IMG/VR virus record: IMGVR_UViG_3300021255_000114
Span: 32,001 to 96,000 of that record
Length of the DNA: 64,000 nt
Strand: one strand, 5' to 3'
From: a virus
Lineage: Duplodnaviria; Heunggongvirae; Uroviricota; Caudoviricetes
The position numbers and the translations under genes are program-made. Every line of letters begins with the position of its first letter. Position 1 is the stretch's first letter. Below the pieces are notes generated by a model. That model saw only the letters and a program-made list of their open reading frames with translations. It was not told the origin of the DNA and ran no database searches. Below are positions 56,901 through 64,000 of the stretch, in pieces.

Positions 56901-57266
56901 GTGTATTACATAGGTTTTACCGCCGATGGCAAGTATAGGGGCATTTCCCCTGTTTATGAAGTTTCAGAGGTGAAGATAACTTATGAAACCGATACGAATA
57001 ATCATCCGAGGGTTTCAGTAAATTACAATGATAATACAGACTATTACATACTTAAATACAGTTATCAGATAATCCTAACTTATGAAAAAACCGTTGGTGA
57101 CCATACAGAACAATACGAATCAGTTTCCCCATTCATAACCCATGAACCGGATACAGAGACAGACTCGTACGCGTTTAGTGATATCGATGATACTGTTATA
57201 TCAAACAAAAAAGTCTACATAAAAGACGTAACAGGTATAAGAAGAACAACAACAAGGATAAGGTAA
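50916..57266 (+). CDS. Giant baseplate/tail-associated structural protein (2116 aa)
   Basis: Follows gp25/gp6. N-terminal YGVVCGRV...GVQNAKVSVF...TTNNAGDYFIYGVPVGQHTLHVDVD is a transthyretin/carboxypeptidase-regulatory-like sandwich; GYYTVTITDANG is Ig-like. Confidence 0.6.
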   Translation: MKNENNSYRIRTQIGIDAPNVLNVKLNQTFEFLNILSLHIGQKNLYKMPASKYGVVCGRVLLGGKSFGVQNAKVSVFIPKDTTVFDVKDDILYTYSSVDSVNYDGVRYNLLPSYIDNDCHQNVGTMFEKEYVLDNNDIIRIFDTYYTYTTTTNNAGDYFIYGVPVGQHTLHVDVDLSDIGKLSVRPHDMMGQGYNIDQFESPNKFKADKNLNILPQIKSQDKPLYIYPFWGDTSEDDTNAMITRADIEIDYKFEPTAVFIGSIVTDKGSNSISHKCVPDDLTGKMSELVTGEGMIEMIRKTFDGKVEQFSVKGNRLIDGDGVWCYQVPMNLDYVCMDEFGNIVPTDNPENGIPTRARVRFRISLDENPMDDSARKRARFLVPNNPRLTDDYPNFQTTHEPDYEFGTFTKEESYRDMFWNNVYTVKSYIPRLQKRTTTNTKKYTGIKMTNHAGDNNPMPYNNLAIRMGFVYRFLCVLLTVFIYLVASINIVMSLIGDMFIGIGDIFYNIGDAISKIPIIRGINGFFKKIGCWFYKTSAGLLINLGDFCDDGNTTVNYIPGFEGPIGLVANFITKIKNKCNNVDCFRDTEEGRRKCDIYQNATSETDRLINCVQNALAQDNEVTSFDFQNDWINGVLYAPLWYRKIKPKRRLFFGLIKVGGVDDWCDGNSSKMAGRDSLFSRGLKLYQTCAQQREFDANKKRIKPIVYVGANDNSEANCYGLKCHKRTLSTIQVDKGIIIRKETKYGEYVYYYKSVEYSSNKFRNVLDGTPGDIKIIFATDLVLLGSINDCDEKGIPQFFKHLNETTYQMPPNLLSLTWQVNEQAVRILSNDDMSDSESAVIDSTVHSEYSGADWGNAGFDQWYRKNKYEGEYIKDGEKEHDNGGVFYGIDCNFSYVKPKSCVNLSRACEFGVTLDQSISFLDASGQETVMAPDGYISYDEIYNPDARAMFATMNGNRLRERQDPKTGFPTYDFNYLYPENFDGTMYNLMEDIDTHQPDAEIDGYPYGNKKNLTYKNNYKIEANSDAYLLFRYGFDPKPGNFAVAFYDNDVKLGWFTNDNLTSLNQRRFPRYENSFYFYFGLKSGKTAIDKFRRNYYAECTNDEESKSPIEMEFQPNSWCNNEPATLRDGYIKFDLCNLDMPCSISFDERDHDGSGYDETYTDINDCKIYIGGKRLQFLGYTKLYVDDDNRAVHTDDDRLNVNTLHAPSLPNGYYTVTITDANGEQYRQNITFEAEKLKYGVTSTTFTMTNTEMDEVYPESGGRSTNQRVAEDTTHALSNTNYLRDLGGYVTVSLITYQNKPLTDNFEIRITPYDDTMEWYTGTVYSVIDGVVSITGVNPLSTSDGEYAFPVPRGDQYYNVTVSEYCTLKGETSQNSVLTRVYVSEALPFKMFVNGVDVELLKNFRVGYQKDDNGVIKMPYSGYNDNDGIRTDLPDSVKGWLSINDIGVDKFLEYRDDISYTDSVENAVNILSASNNTIYNFTEEYTFQDSDVNKLLNTYSSIPNPSEIGGSIIPKYIRVKRNGTDDETYGRDGEKYDPFDETTWIFELSSNNTQYILRYNNGKPATDISLREYFEMNTEGNQNKRDVINVLNSIIQKRMDLVQAMITAFWMYDVNEENKLVSITFQTNEIPVKTLVYYIPDESNTLRPLNAQTNYVILDINKEENTISSFSRPTITKNPQNTLPIFTELPATFGHHSYKLPPYCGIKNNMNVTIPSKLTNAPFINPNGIIDAMRNLSGGMDNMFGFHVIDKRPFTKANIWVPLNEHPIYWPDVLNDDAIDTSEASSVANFVEGGRFSMGGCISGYFYNGFSTSTQREAQFTIQKATSNIGIYTISGTTVPDEFAVPTKRLMYRPVPEDGYAPNYNDFFKDTQPYEGFDIQATDPVNTSYRYISYDANTNYLTVSDKRATFNDNLYPRANFGIPEDTVVGKGMEIKPEFNGIEDDVRYTVINGLYPVYRKVYNNDEHLPADVSLNMVYGAPLPSNNLIIPTGDDVKRVYYIGFTADGKYRGISPVYEVSEVKITYETDTNNHPRVSVNYNDNTDYYILKYSYQIILTYEKTVGDHTEQYESVSPFITHEPDTETDSYAFSDIDDTVISNKKVYIKDVTGIRRTTTRIR

Positions 57267-57267
57267 A

Positions 57268-60200
57268 ATGCAGGAAATACGCTTAGGCTCAATAGATTCA
57301 ATATTCTCTACAGATAGAGGAAACACAACACACGTTCAGCTGGAACAAACAGCGAAGAAAATTCCGTTGACAAATCTGTCGACAGTTATCGACCAATATG
57401 ATGTTTACAGAAGTGAAGTGTCCGCTTGCAATAAGTACAGGCTGACACTCACCGTAAAACCGTATTGCACTAATGTATTGTTTAATACCTGCACGGAGAT
57501 TGTTAAAGATGATGGCTCTGATGAAATACAGGTTGTGAGGGATAACGCTCCGATAACAATTACTGATACCAAAATAAAGGGGAACATATCAGGTTTAATT
57601 AGTTCCTTAACAAGGGCTTATATGTTAGATAACACCGAATATTCAAGTGAAAATGTGGGTTTTACCTATTATCCTGGTTATGATATATTCGGAAATCACA
57701 TATTGAGGAATTTATCATTTAGACCGATTATTCCACTTGCCGCTAATGTTCACAACAGTACATACAACACCATTGAGGATACAATGCGCACTTTAGAAGG
57801 CAATGATATCAAAATAGTCCCAAGATTTTCGCCGAATGACACTGAATTCATCAACAAACATGTTTACGAGACAACCAATATCCTATCTATGGAGAACGGG
57901 GATTCTGTTGCATCAAATCTTGTGAACGAGAATGGATGGTATGGTTTCTACAACAATTCATCAATCACTCCTAAGAGAATAACAAATACTGTAGCTGAAC
58001 ATGATTCAAATACTGTAACTGAACGTGATTCAAATCACGTTGTAAACAACAAGGGAAATTGTGAGTTTGTTGATATGTATCCCGATAGGACGCTTTATTC
58101 ATTTACACCCAAACTCAATATGCATAAACACAGGCTTGAGAGGAATTGGGATGTGTTTGTCACCTATCCATATAAGAATTTTTACAGACATAACCTTGTA
58201 ACCAACATATACGCTTATGATGTAGAGAGTGAGCAAGCGGCTTATGACAATATTGAAGCCGATGGCCAAACAAATGCACTTCTTATAATGGAGGCTAAAA
58301 GCCAATATTGTAGGAATGGTATGAAGGGTGTTCAGTTTAGGACTTTTTGCAAGCATAACTTACAACAGAACGATAACGTCCTGATTTATTATGCATTTGG
58401 TGATGATACGTCTTTCAAACTTTGCCACGGCACGTTTAGAGTGAACTACATCGGTGACATGAACAATGAAAATAAGGATTATTATTTCACCATTACCAAC
58501 TCTTCCATTTTAGATGAAATATTTGACGGGAGAGTTGCCTCAACCTTCTATGAGAATCCAACCAATGTACCTCCGGCGCATTTTAGGGAGTTAAGCGGAG
58601 AAATAACCGAAATACCTGAGGATATCAACACATCTGATACAAGTTATGAACCCAATATTTGCAGATGGTTTTATAAAGAGATTGAAACAGAGCCGTCAGT
58701 GACTTGGGACAGTCAAAATACAGTTGATATTCTGCCTGTTGATGTTAAAAACGGTCCAATATACGTAAGACAAAAGGAAACAATATCCGGACAATATGTT
58801 TATACGTACTACCATTATGAAAATAATGCATACCAAACACTCCCCGATACATTTAACCCATTATCCGAGGAATTTGGTGATGGGAATACATTCGATAACA
58901 TACCTATCGGCTATGTCACCGATTATGTTAGGGTTCATGCGTACAAATATTATGAAAAATCTTATGAATATTACATACAGAAAAGAGATAAGGTGGATGA
59001 TATCATCAATCAACGGCTCTGCTATAGCATACCGCTCCGATTTGCAAAAATAGTCAATGGAACCAAATGCAAGTACTACATAAGGATGTTCAAGAAACTC
59101 CCCAACCTCAATAAAAGCGTGGAAAATCTAACTAACCACATAGCAATTAACAGAACACGTTTTGAGCAATACATTCAAAGAAACGCAACTAAGGACGGAG
59201 TTAAAATGCGTGATTTTGACCGTGAAATATATCCGCTTGCATTTGCAAAAACCATTTATGCTGATGACATAACGCAATATCAGTTTACGGAAACAATGGA
59301 TATTGCATACATAAGGGATAACCTCGGAAGGCCATTAACCAATTTGTATATCACTATTGTTAAAAAGAATGTTGGGTACAAGGAATGGTATGGGCCGCTT
59401 AAGCAATACACCGACTATACAGAAAACAACAAAACACATAGGATTGAATTCTCCCATTGTTTCGGTAAAGTAACGAGTGGCCTAGATTTTATGTGCAAAG
59501 AAGGCGATGATTCTGAAATCATCCGCAAGACAAAAGGTTTCTTATCCGATGCAAGGCTTATAACAAATGCAATGAACGTAACAAACTTAGGACAGCCGTT
59601 GGAATTTTGGGGTGATGTTCACCTTGACACAAGCAAAATAACCGATGGTATTCTTGAGGATGATGAACTCTTCTTTGGTGATGTTGTCGAATACAACCCA
59701 ATGCAGGTGGCGGAAACCACATTATCTGATGTACAGTTCAGGTTTAATACGGCGCAACGCGAAAACGGTGATTCAAATGATTACACCTTTACCTATAAGG
59801 AAGTTATTTCAGATGATTATGGGTTAAAGCGTTACCGGAATAATAATTGTGGATTTGCTACGGAGGAGCACACTAATGAACGTAGCCTTATTTGTCCTGA
59901 AGGCTATTACTATAAAGCTCATTACCCAATCGGAGTTAGGGCGTTTGCAAATACAGTAAAACAAGCCTCACATTATTCAGTCTTGCTTGAACATGCAGAA
60001 CCAGTACAGATGGAAGGTATTTTCATTAGAATCATTACCAGAAACAATCACGGTTATGCTGTAGGCAGAAAAGCTTTTATTTGCAATGACTCTGAAGGGA
60101 TATGGTACAATACTCAAATTGTATATGTTGATTCAAAAACAAGTTTCATAATCAAACCAATCAGTAAAGATATTGAGGCTTATGAAAACAAGCCGTATCT

Positions 60201-60537
60201 TGATTGGGTGCAGGTTTGCAACCTTTTAAACAATGAAACCTTTAGAGTGAGGATTGAAAATACTGACATCCCGGATTATGCTGACAACATTTCAAAGAAC
60301 TTATTTCTTTGGAGGGAGGTAATTCCGGCTTCAGAATCAGATGACGAAACAATGAACGCATATCCGTTTGCCAACGGTGCGTTATATATTGATAAAAGTA
60401 TCAATTTTTTCCTAAAACGCCAAGACCCTGACGCACTCAACGGACTTTACTATCATGGAACCTTTCCCGATATTCAAGGTAAAATTAAAATCCCATCTAA
60501 TTATGATTATATACCTGAGAACGAAGCAATATGTTAA
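57268..60537 (+). CDS. Large putative baseplate/tail structural protein (1089 aa)
   Basis: Co-transcribed with the baseplate block; contains nested Tyr-rich modules. Confidence 0.6.
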   Translation: MQEIRLGSIDSIFSTDRGNTTHVQLEQTAKKIPLTNLSTVIDQYDVYRSEVSACNKYRLTLTVKPYCTNVLFNTCTEIVKDDGSDEIQVVRDNAPITITDTKIKGNISGLISSLTRAYMLDNTEYSSENVGFTYYPGYDIFGNHILRNLSFRPIIPLAANVHNSTYNTIEDTMRTLEGNDIKIVPRFSPNDTEFINKHVYETTNILSMENGDSVASNLVNENGWYGFYNNSSITPKRITNTVAEHDSNTVTERDSNHVVNNKGNCEFVDMYPDRTLYSFTPKLNMHKHRLERNWDVFVTYPYKNFYRHNLVTNIYAYDVESEQAAYDNIEADGQTNALLIMEAKSQYCRNGMKGVQFRTFCKHNLQQNDNVLIYYAFGDDTSFKLCHGTFRVNYIGDMNNENKDYYFTITNSSILDEIFDGRVASTFYENPTNVPPAHFRELSGEITEIPEDINTSDTSYEPNICRWFYKEIETEPSVTWDSQNTVDILPVDVKNGPIYVRQKETISGQYVYTYYHYENNAYQTLPDTFNPLSEEFGDGNTFDNIPIGYVTDYVRVHAYKYYEKSYEYYIQKRDKVDDIINQRLCYSIPLRFAKIVNGTKCKYYIRMFKKLPNLNKSVENLTNHIAINRTRFEQYIQRNATKDGVKMRDFDREIYPLAFAKTIYADDITQYQFTETMDIAYIRDNLGRPLTNLYITIVKKNVGYKEWYGPLKQYTDYTENNKTHRIEFSHCFGKVTSGLDFMCKEGDDSEIIRKTKGFLSDARLITNAMNVTNLGQPLEFWGDVHLDTSKITDGILEDDELFFGDVVEYNPMQVAETTLSDVQFRFNTAQRENGDSNDYTFTYKEVISDDYGLKRYRNNNCGFATEEHTNERSLICPEGYYYKAHYPIGVRAFANTVKQASHYSVLLEHAEPVQMEGIFIRIITRNNHGYAVGRKAFICNDSEGIWYNTQIVYVDSKTSFIIKPISKDIEAYENKPYLDWVQVCNLLNNETFRVRIENTDIPDYADNISKNLFLWREVIPASESDDETMNAYPFANGALYIDKSINFFLKRQDPDALNGLYYHGTFPDIQGKIKIPSNYDYIPENEAIC
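57983..58035 (+). repeat. In-frame 24-bp tandem duplication
   Basis: CAAATACTGTAGCTGAACATGATT / CAAATACTGTAACTGAACGTGATT (2 mismatches), then CAAAT. Confidence 0.85.
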
Positions 60538-62468
60538 AATATGAAGTCAATTACCGAGATTTACTAACCGATAGTGTCAATATCCCTATTATCAACTACG
60601 AAATGGAGGATGATGCTGATAATGAGAACATCCTCAATGTTACATGTTATTATGGTGATGATATCAGTATTGGCCCGGAAACACCAATAACCATCACAAA
60701 ATACTATGACGTCGAATTGGCTTCTTCGGATGTTTCAGATACTAATCTTGTGTCAGTTTCCTCTCAAATAACGGAGGTTAACACGAATTTCAGATACTTT
60801 TCTTTCAATCTTGGTAAATATTTTAACCTAAAAATAAGCGAACTCCAAATAGAAATACGTGACAATCAACCATATCTTAGGTTTATCTTCGAAGATTTAC
60901 ATTTTTTCAATAGTTGGGATGAGCCAATTACGTTTTATGTGAAATTTTTAGGCGATGACGGCGTTTTTTATGAAAAAACCTTTGAGGATTGTATGTGGGA
61001 GAATGAATACACATTAATGTGGAAATATGTGAACGACAGTCCTGATATTGAAAACTTTATGTGTAGTGTATTTCATGGTGACACATATGAATTTGTGGGA
61101 TATGAAGGAAATCCTGATTCGGTTGTTGTTGATGAGGTGCCTGTACAAGCGTGTTTTACAGATGAGCACTATATTAAAAAACCTGTAGCCATTGGTTGTG
61201 ATAACCGTTACGAATATTACGAAAAAACATGCAATGACGGTGACATAAATGGTCTATCAACCTATAGGGAACAATTCATTAGCGATTTTGATGTTTATGC
61301 CACAATCGGCCAATTTAAGTTGAATGTTCCTTTATCACAAATGCATGATGTAACACTCCAACAGGAGGACAACATTATGAATCGTTTTGTTCATGATGAA
61401 ACAAGGCGTGCAATCAATAGTGTTGTTGAAATGGAAAAGTTTGTTTATCACCCTGTATTTCAAATAGAGCCATCTAACCCAAACGACTTTCGGACAGAGG
61501 ATATATACAAAATAAAATTCAATCTTCATTTTAGACAACATAGGGGTGATGATTGGACAGTAAATGACAATTCCTATTGGAATGGTGTCAATAACGAAAC
61601 GGTGCAGCTGGAAGAAATGATGGATTCTACCATCGGCACACCATATTTTTCGTATCACGAGGGCAATTGGGCTAAAAGTAGGCAATCCGACCTTTTATCA
61701 TATCTAGGTTTTACAAATGCTGATGTAAAATATCAGAAAAATAAATTGAAGAAATCCTTTTTGCGTATCTCCATATATGATAGCGACAACCCTCTAATTC
61801 AGAATATGGTAGCTTATTCAACCGTATTTATGGATGGCGGCGCATTATTCAGTAAGTTTATGAATAACACAATGACAACAGGCTATGCTATTTCGGAAGG
61901 TGAGCCTAATAATACGTTTATGGGAGCAAAAGTCAATATGGAATACGCACCGGATAACTATCAGAACATTCCTGACGAAGATTTAGAGAATCATAGACTG
62001 TCATCACAAATTGTGATTTCGGACACATACACTTCCAAAGCATCAAGTGAAGGTTTCAATTTCTATATGTGGGTTGACAATGATAGTGGCAATATTCCAT
62101 CTGATTTATATATGAAGGTTGAATTTAATCATGCAGGATATGGAAGAATACTACCTTTCATGATGCCCTTCTATGATTATAAAAAAGAAGGTAAGTACGG
62201 CATCAAAACATTTGAAGAAATAGTTGCAGATTGGCGAGACGGACGTGGGTATGGTATTAGGAAATACTTGAAATACAGTTATATTCACCTAAAATGCAGG
62301 TATGATAAAGAAAAAGAGAAACATGTTTACTATTTAGACCCAGATACATATGGGCCATATGCCTATTATAGACATGAAGGGCAAAACGATACGTCGCCAA
62401 ATGAAATGGAACTTAATTTATACGAAGCAAAACTAACATTTTTGAACGAAAACGATGAAACAGTATAG
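60531..62468 (+). CDS. Putative structural protein (645 aa)
   Basis: Overlap-coupled in the baseplate operon; KKSFLRISIYDS...LYMKVEFNHA; carries one Tyr-rich module. Confidence 0.6.
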   Translation: MLKYEVNYRDLLTDSVNIPIINYEMEDDADNENILNVTCYYGDDISIGPETPITITKYYDVELASSDVSDTNLVSVSSQITEVNTNFRYFSFNLGKYFNLKISELQIEIRDNQPYLRFIFEDLHFFNSWDEPITFYVKFLGDDGVFYEKTFEDCMWENEYTLMWKYVNDSPDIENFMCSVFHGDTYEFVGYEGNPDSVVVDEVPVQACFTDEHYIKKPVAIGCDNRYEYYEKTCNDGDINGLSTYREQFISDFDVYATIGQFKLNVPLSQMHDVTLQQEDNIMNRFVHDETRRAINSVVEMEKFVYHPVFQIEPSNPNDFRTEDIYKIKFNLHFRQHRGDDWTVNDNSYWNGVNNETVQLEEMMDSTIGTPYFSYHEGNWAKSRQSDLLSYLGFTNADVKYQKNKLKKSFLRISIYDSDNPLIQNMVAYSTVFMDGGALFSKFMNNTMTTGYAISEGEPNNTFMGAKVNMEYAPDNYQNIPDEDLENHRLSSQIVISDTYTSKASSEGFNFYMWVDNDSGNIPSDLYMKVEFNHAGYGRILPFMMPFYDYKKEGKYGIKTFEEIVADWRDGRGYGIRKYLKYSYIHLKCRYDKEKEKHVYYLDPDTYGPYAYYRHEGQNDTSPNEMELNLYEAKLTFLNENDETV

Positions 62469-64000
62469 ATTTGACACAAGCATAGAACCCATGATATCCA
62501 GGATACCGAGTATGTTTGCATATCTTGAATTCAATGATGATTGGACAACCACGTTGCATCCGGCCAGTGACTCCCCCAATGGTTCTTGGGGTAAAGTGGT
62601 TGAAAATATCACTTTGCCTTGCGGTATCAATTTATACACCTACGTTATTGCCGAAGAGCCGACACCATACCTATGGAATGAAGGCAATACCTTTCCGACG
62701 AATGCGGATATAGAGAATGAATACGCGATAAACGCTTCAGAATACATTCGCAGAGTAGAGGGTTGCCAATATGTGGACGAGGAATATAACAGATTGTATA
62801 CTTATACTGAATATGATTCGTTTCCTGAAGAGGTTACTACCGGAATGCCTGAACGTATAAAATCACCTGAGTTAGATAGACTTGGAAATTATGTGATGGA
62901 TTGTGATGGAAACAAAATATACAAGTATTATCACAAGGAAGTATCATATATATACTACAAAAAGCAGCACCTTTTACTTGAAGGCAGTACATACACTTAT
63001 AGAACCCTCATAGATTATTATTACAGATATAAAGACATTTTACCCGCCGGTCATAATTTTATTGTTTTCATGGAGAAGGCTATTGGCAAAGTCAAAGTTG
63101 ATAAAGCATTGCTTCACATGGAGGATTATTCAAATGTTCCGGACTATCTTTACCTTGGATATGTCAAATTAATGATAGAGAAATATAAGAAATATCATCG
63201 GATTTGCGAATATTACAGAACACATTTTATAAATTTAGGCAAGCATGATGATAAACTTTTTGAAAAATGCAAGTATTATGAGTCAATTGGCGGGGATAAG
63301 TTCCTAAAATATCTTGAAACCCTTTTGCGAACACTGAACAAAGTTGCCGCCGAATATTTTTGTTATGCCGAACACGCCGATCATCAACTGCAAATATCAG
63401 TCAACGTTCCGTTATTTCAGACGAAGAATGATTTAGGGTATTTATCAACGTATTTGAATGAGTTTTCACCGGGAATACATGTCCGCCACGGTGAATTGGT
63501 GACTTACAATGGCAGAACATACATCTGTGTATTGAATCGTTTTCAAACTGGCGGTGTAAACTATCAATATTGCCTTTGCAATGGCGATTTGTATGTTCTA
63601 TCGGCAAATACATATAATAAAGTGGGGTTTGGTAAGGTTTTATTGCCTACATTACCATTGGTTATATATAATGGAAACACGTTTATTATGTTCGCCGGTG
63701 AATACTACATGTGGAGTAATGGAGAATATAAGAAAATTGATGTTGTGGAGTATTGTAGTGGTAAATGGAATGAGAACCTTGAAGTAAATGAATTTGATAC
63801 ACAGCATTTCGTATTACTATCCGAATATACCTCAAAAAACGCCTCTGCTTTGTCAATTCCTGAAAAGAGCGCATTGCCTATGAGTGATGAATGGTACAAT
63901 CAGGATAATGCATATGGGAATCACTTCCAAATCTATATAACAGTCTCGCATATCCCACAGCACTTTATTTATAAGAACATAAAAAAAGGTGATGTCTTCT
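62455..64000 (+). CDS. Partial large putative structural protein running off the window end (absent from the ORF track)
   Basis: ATG at 62455: MKQYRFDTSIEPMISRIPSMFAYLEFNDDW... The frame is open where checked at both ends and contains nested Tyr-rich modules. Confidence 0.75.
   Translation, partial: MKQYRFDTSIEPMISRIPSMFAYLEFNDDWTTTLHPASDSPNGSWGKVVENITLPCGINLYTYVIAEEPTPYLWNEGNTFPTNADIENEYAINASEYIRRVEGCQYVDEEYNRLYTYTEYDSFPEEVTTGMPERIKSPELDRLGNYVMDCDGNKIYKYYHKEVSYIYYKKQHLLLEGSTYTYRTLIDYYYRYKDILPAGHNFIVFMEKAIGKVKVDKALLHMEDYSNVPDYLYLGYVKLMIEKYKKYHRICEYYRTHFINLGKHDDKLFEKCKYYESIGGDKFLKYLETLLRTLNKVAAEYFCYAEHADHQLQISVNVPLFQTKNDLGYLSTYLNEFSPGIHVRHGELVTYNGRTYICVLNRFQTGGVNYQYCLCNGDLYVLSANTYNKVGFGKVLLPTLPLVIYNGNTFIMFAGEYYMWSNGEYKKIDVVEYCSGKWNENLEVNEFDTQHFVLLSEYTSKNASALSIPEKSALPMSDEWYNQDNAYGNHFQIYITVSHIPQHFIYKNIKKGDVF

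Noticed and set aside
1-64000. Stop-codon reassignment (TAG to Gln) as in Lak and some crAss-like phages
   Set aside because: Very long ORFs are intact in code 11 with dense packing, and TAG ends genes at plausible positions (442, 42432, 50565).
1-64000. tRNA, rRNA or CRISPR array
   Set aside because: Intergenic gaps are short and AT-rich. I saw no cloverleaf with a T-loop motif and no regularly spaced repeats, by eye only.
50916-64000. Diversity-generating retroelement target in the large structural genes
   Set aside because: No reverse transcriptase and no near-identical TR/VR pair differing at adenines was visible in the window.

Overview
This 64 kb window comes from a large AT-rich myovirus (a T4-superfamily-like jumbo phage) read in the standard genetic code. 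The host is probably an anaerobic Bacteroidota: there are TTTG-N20-21-TAnnTTT(G) promoters, an Hc1-like protein, a WG-repeat-like segment and class III RNR (nrdDG). Tail and baseplate genes include neck, tail terminator, a 1490-aa sheath, a gp26-like chaperone, tape measure, tube initiator, gp53/LysM, a hub with an M15 peptidase, tail lysozyme, gp25, gp6 and several giant structural proteins. Replication and nucleotide genes include a SNF2 helicase, gp32-like SSB, tdk, UvsX, a 5'-3' exonuclease, a DnaB-like helicase and nrdDG. Five things stand out. (1) A ~45-50 aa Tyr-rich module recurs in at least six proteins and is repeatedly nested inside itself. (2) An operon behind a putative late promoter encodes an ArdC-N-like protein and a PARP-like ADP-ribosyltransferase with possible head-processing motifs. 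(3) A nuclease-less terminase-ATPase paralogue and a tube-like protein that shares a domain with the tail chaperone sit upstream of the tape measure gene. (4) The chaperone has a probable +1 frameshift product. (5) CCGG is in excess and CCAG/CTGG are depleted, except in the tape measure gene. All assignments are by-eye motif recognition. No database searches were run, and the oligonucleotide counts are approximate hand counts.
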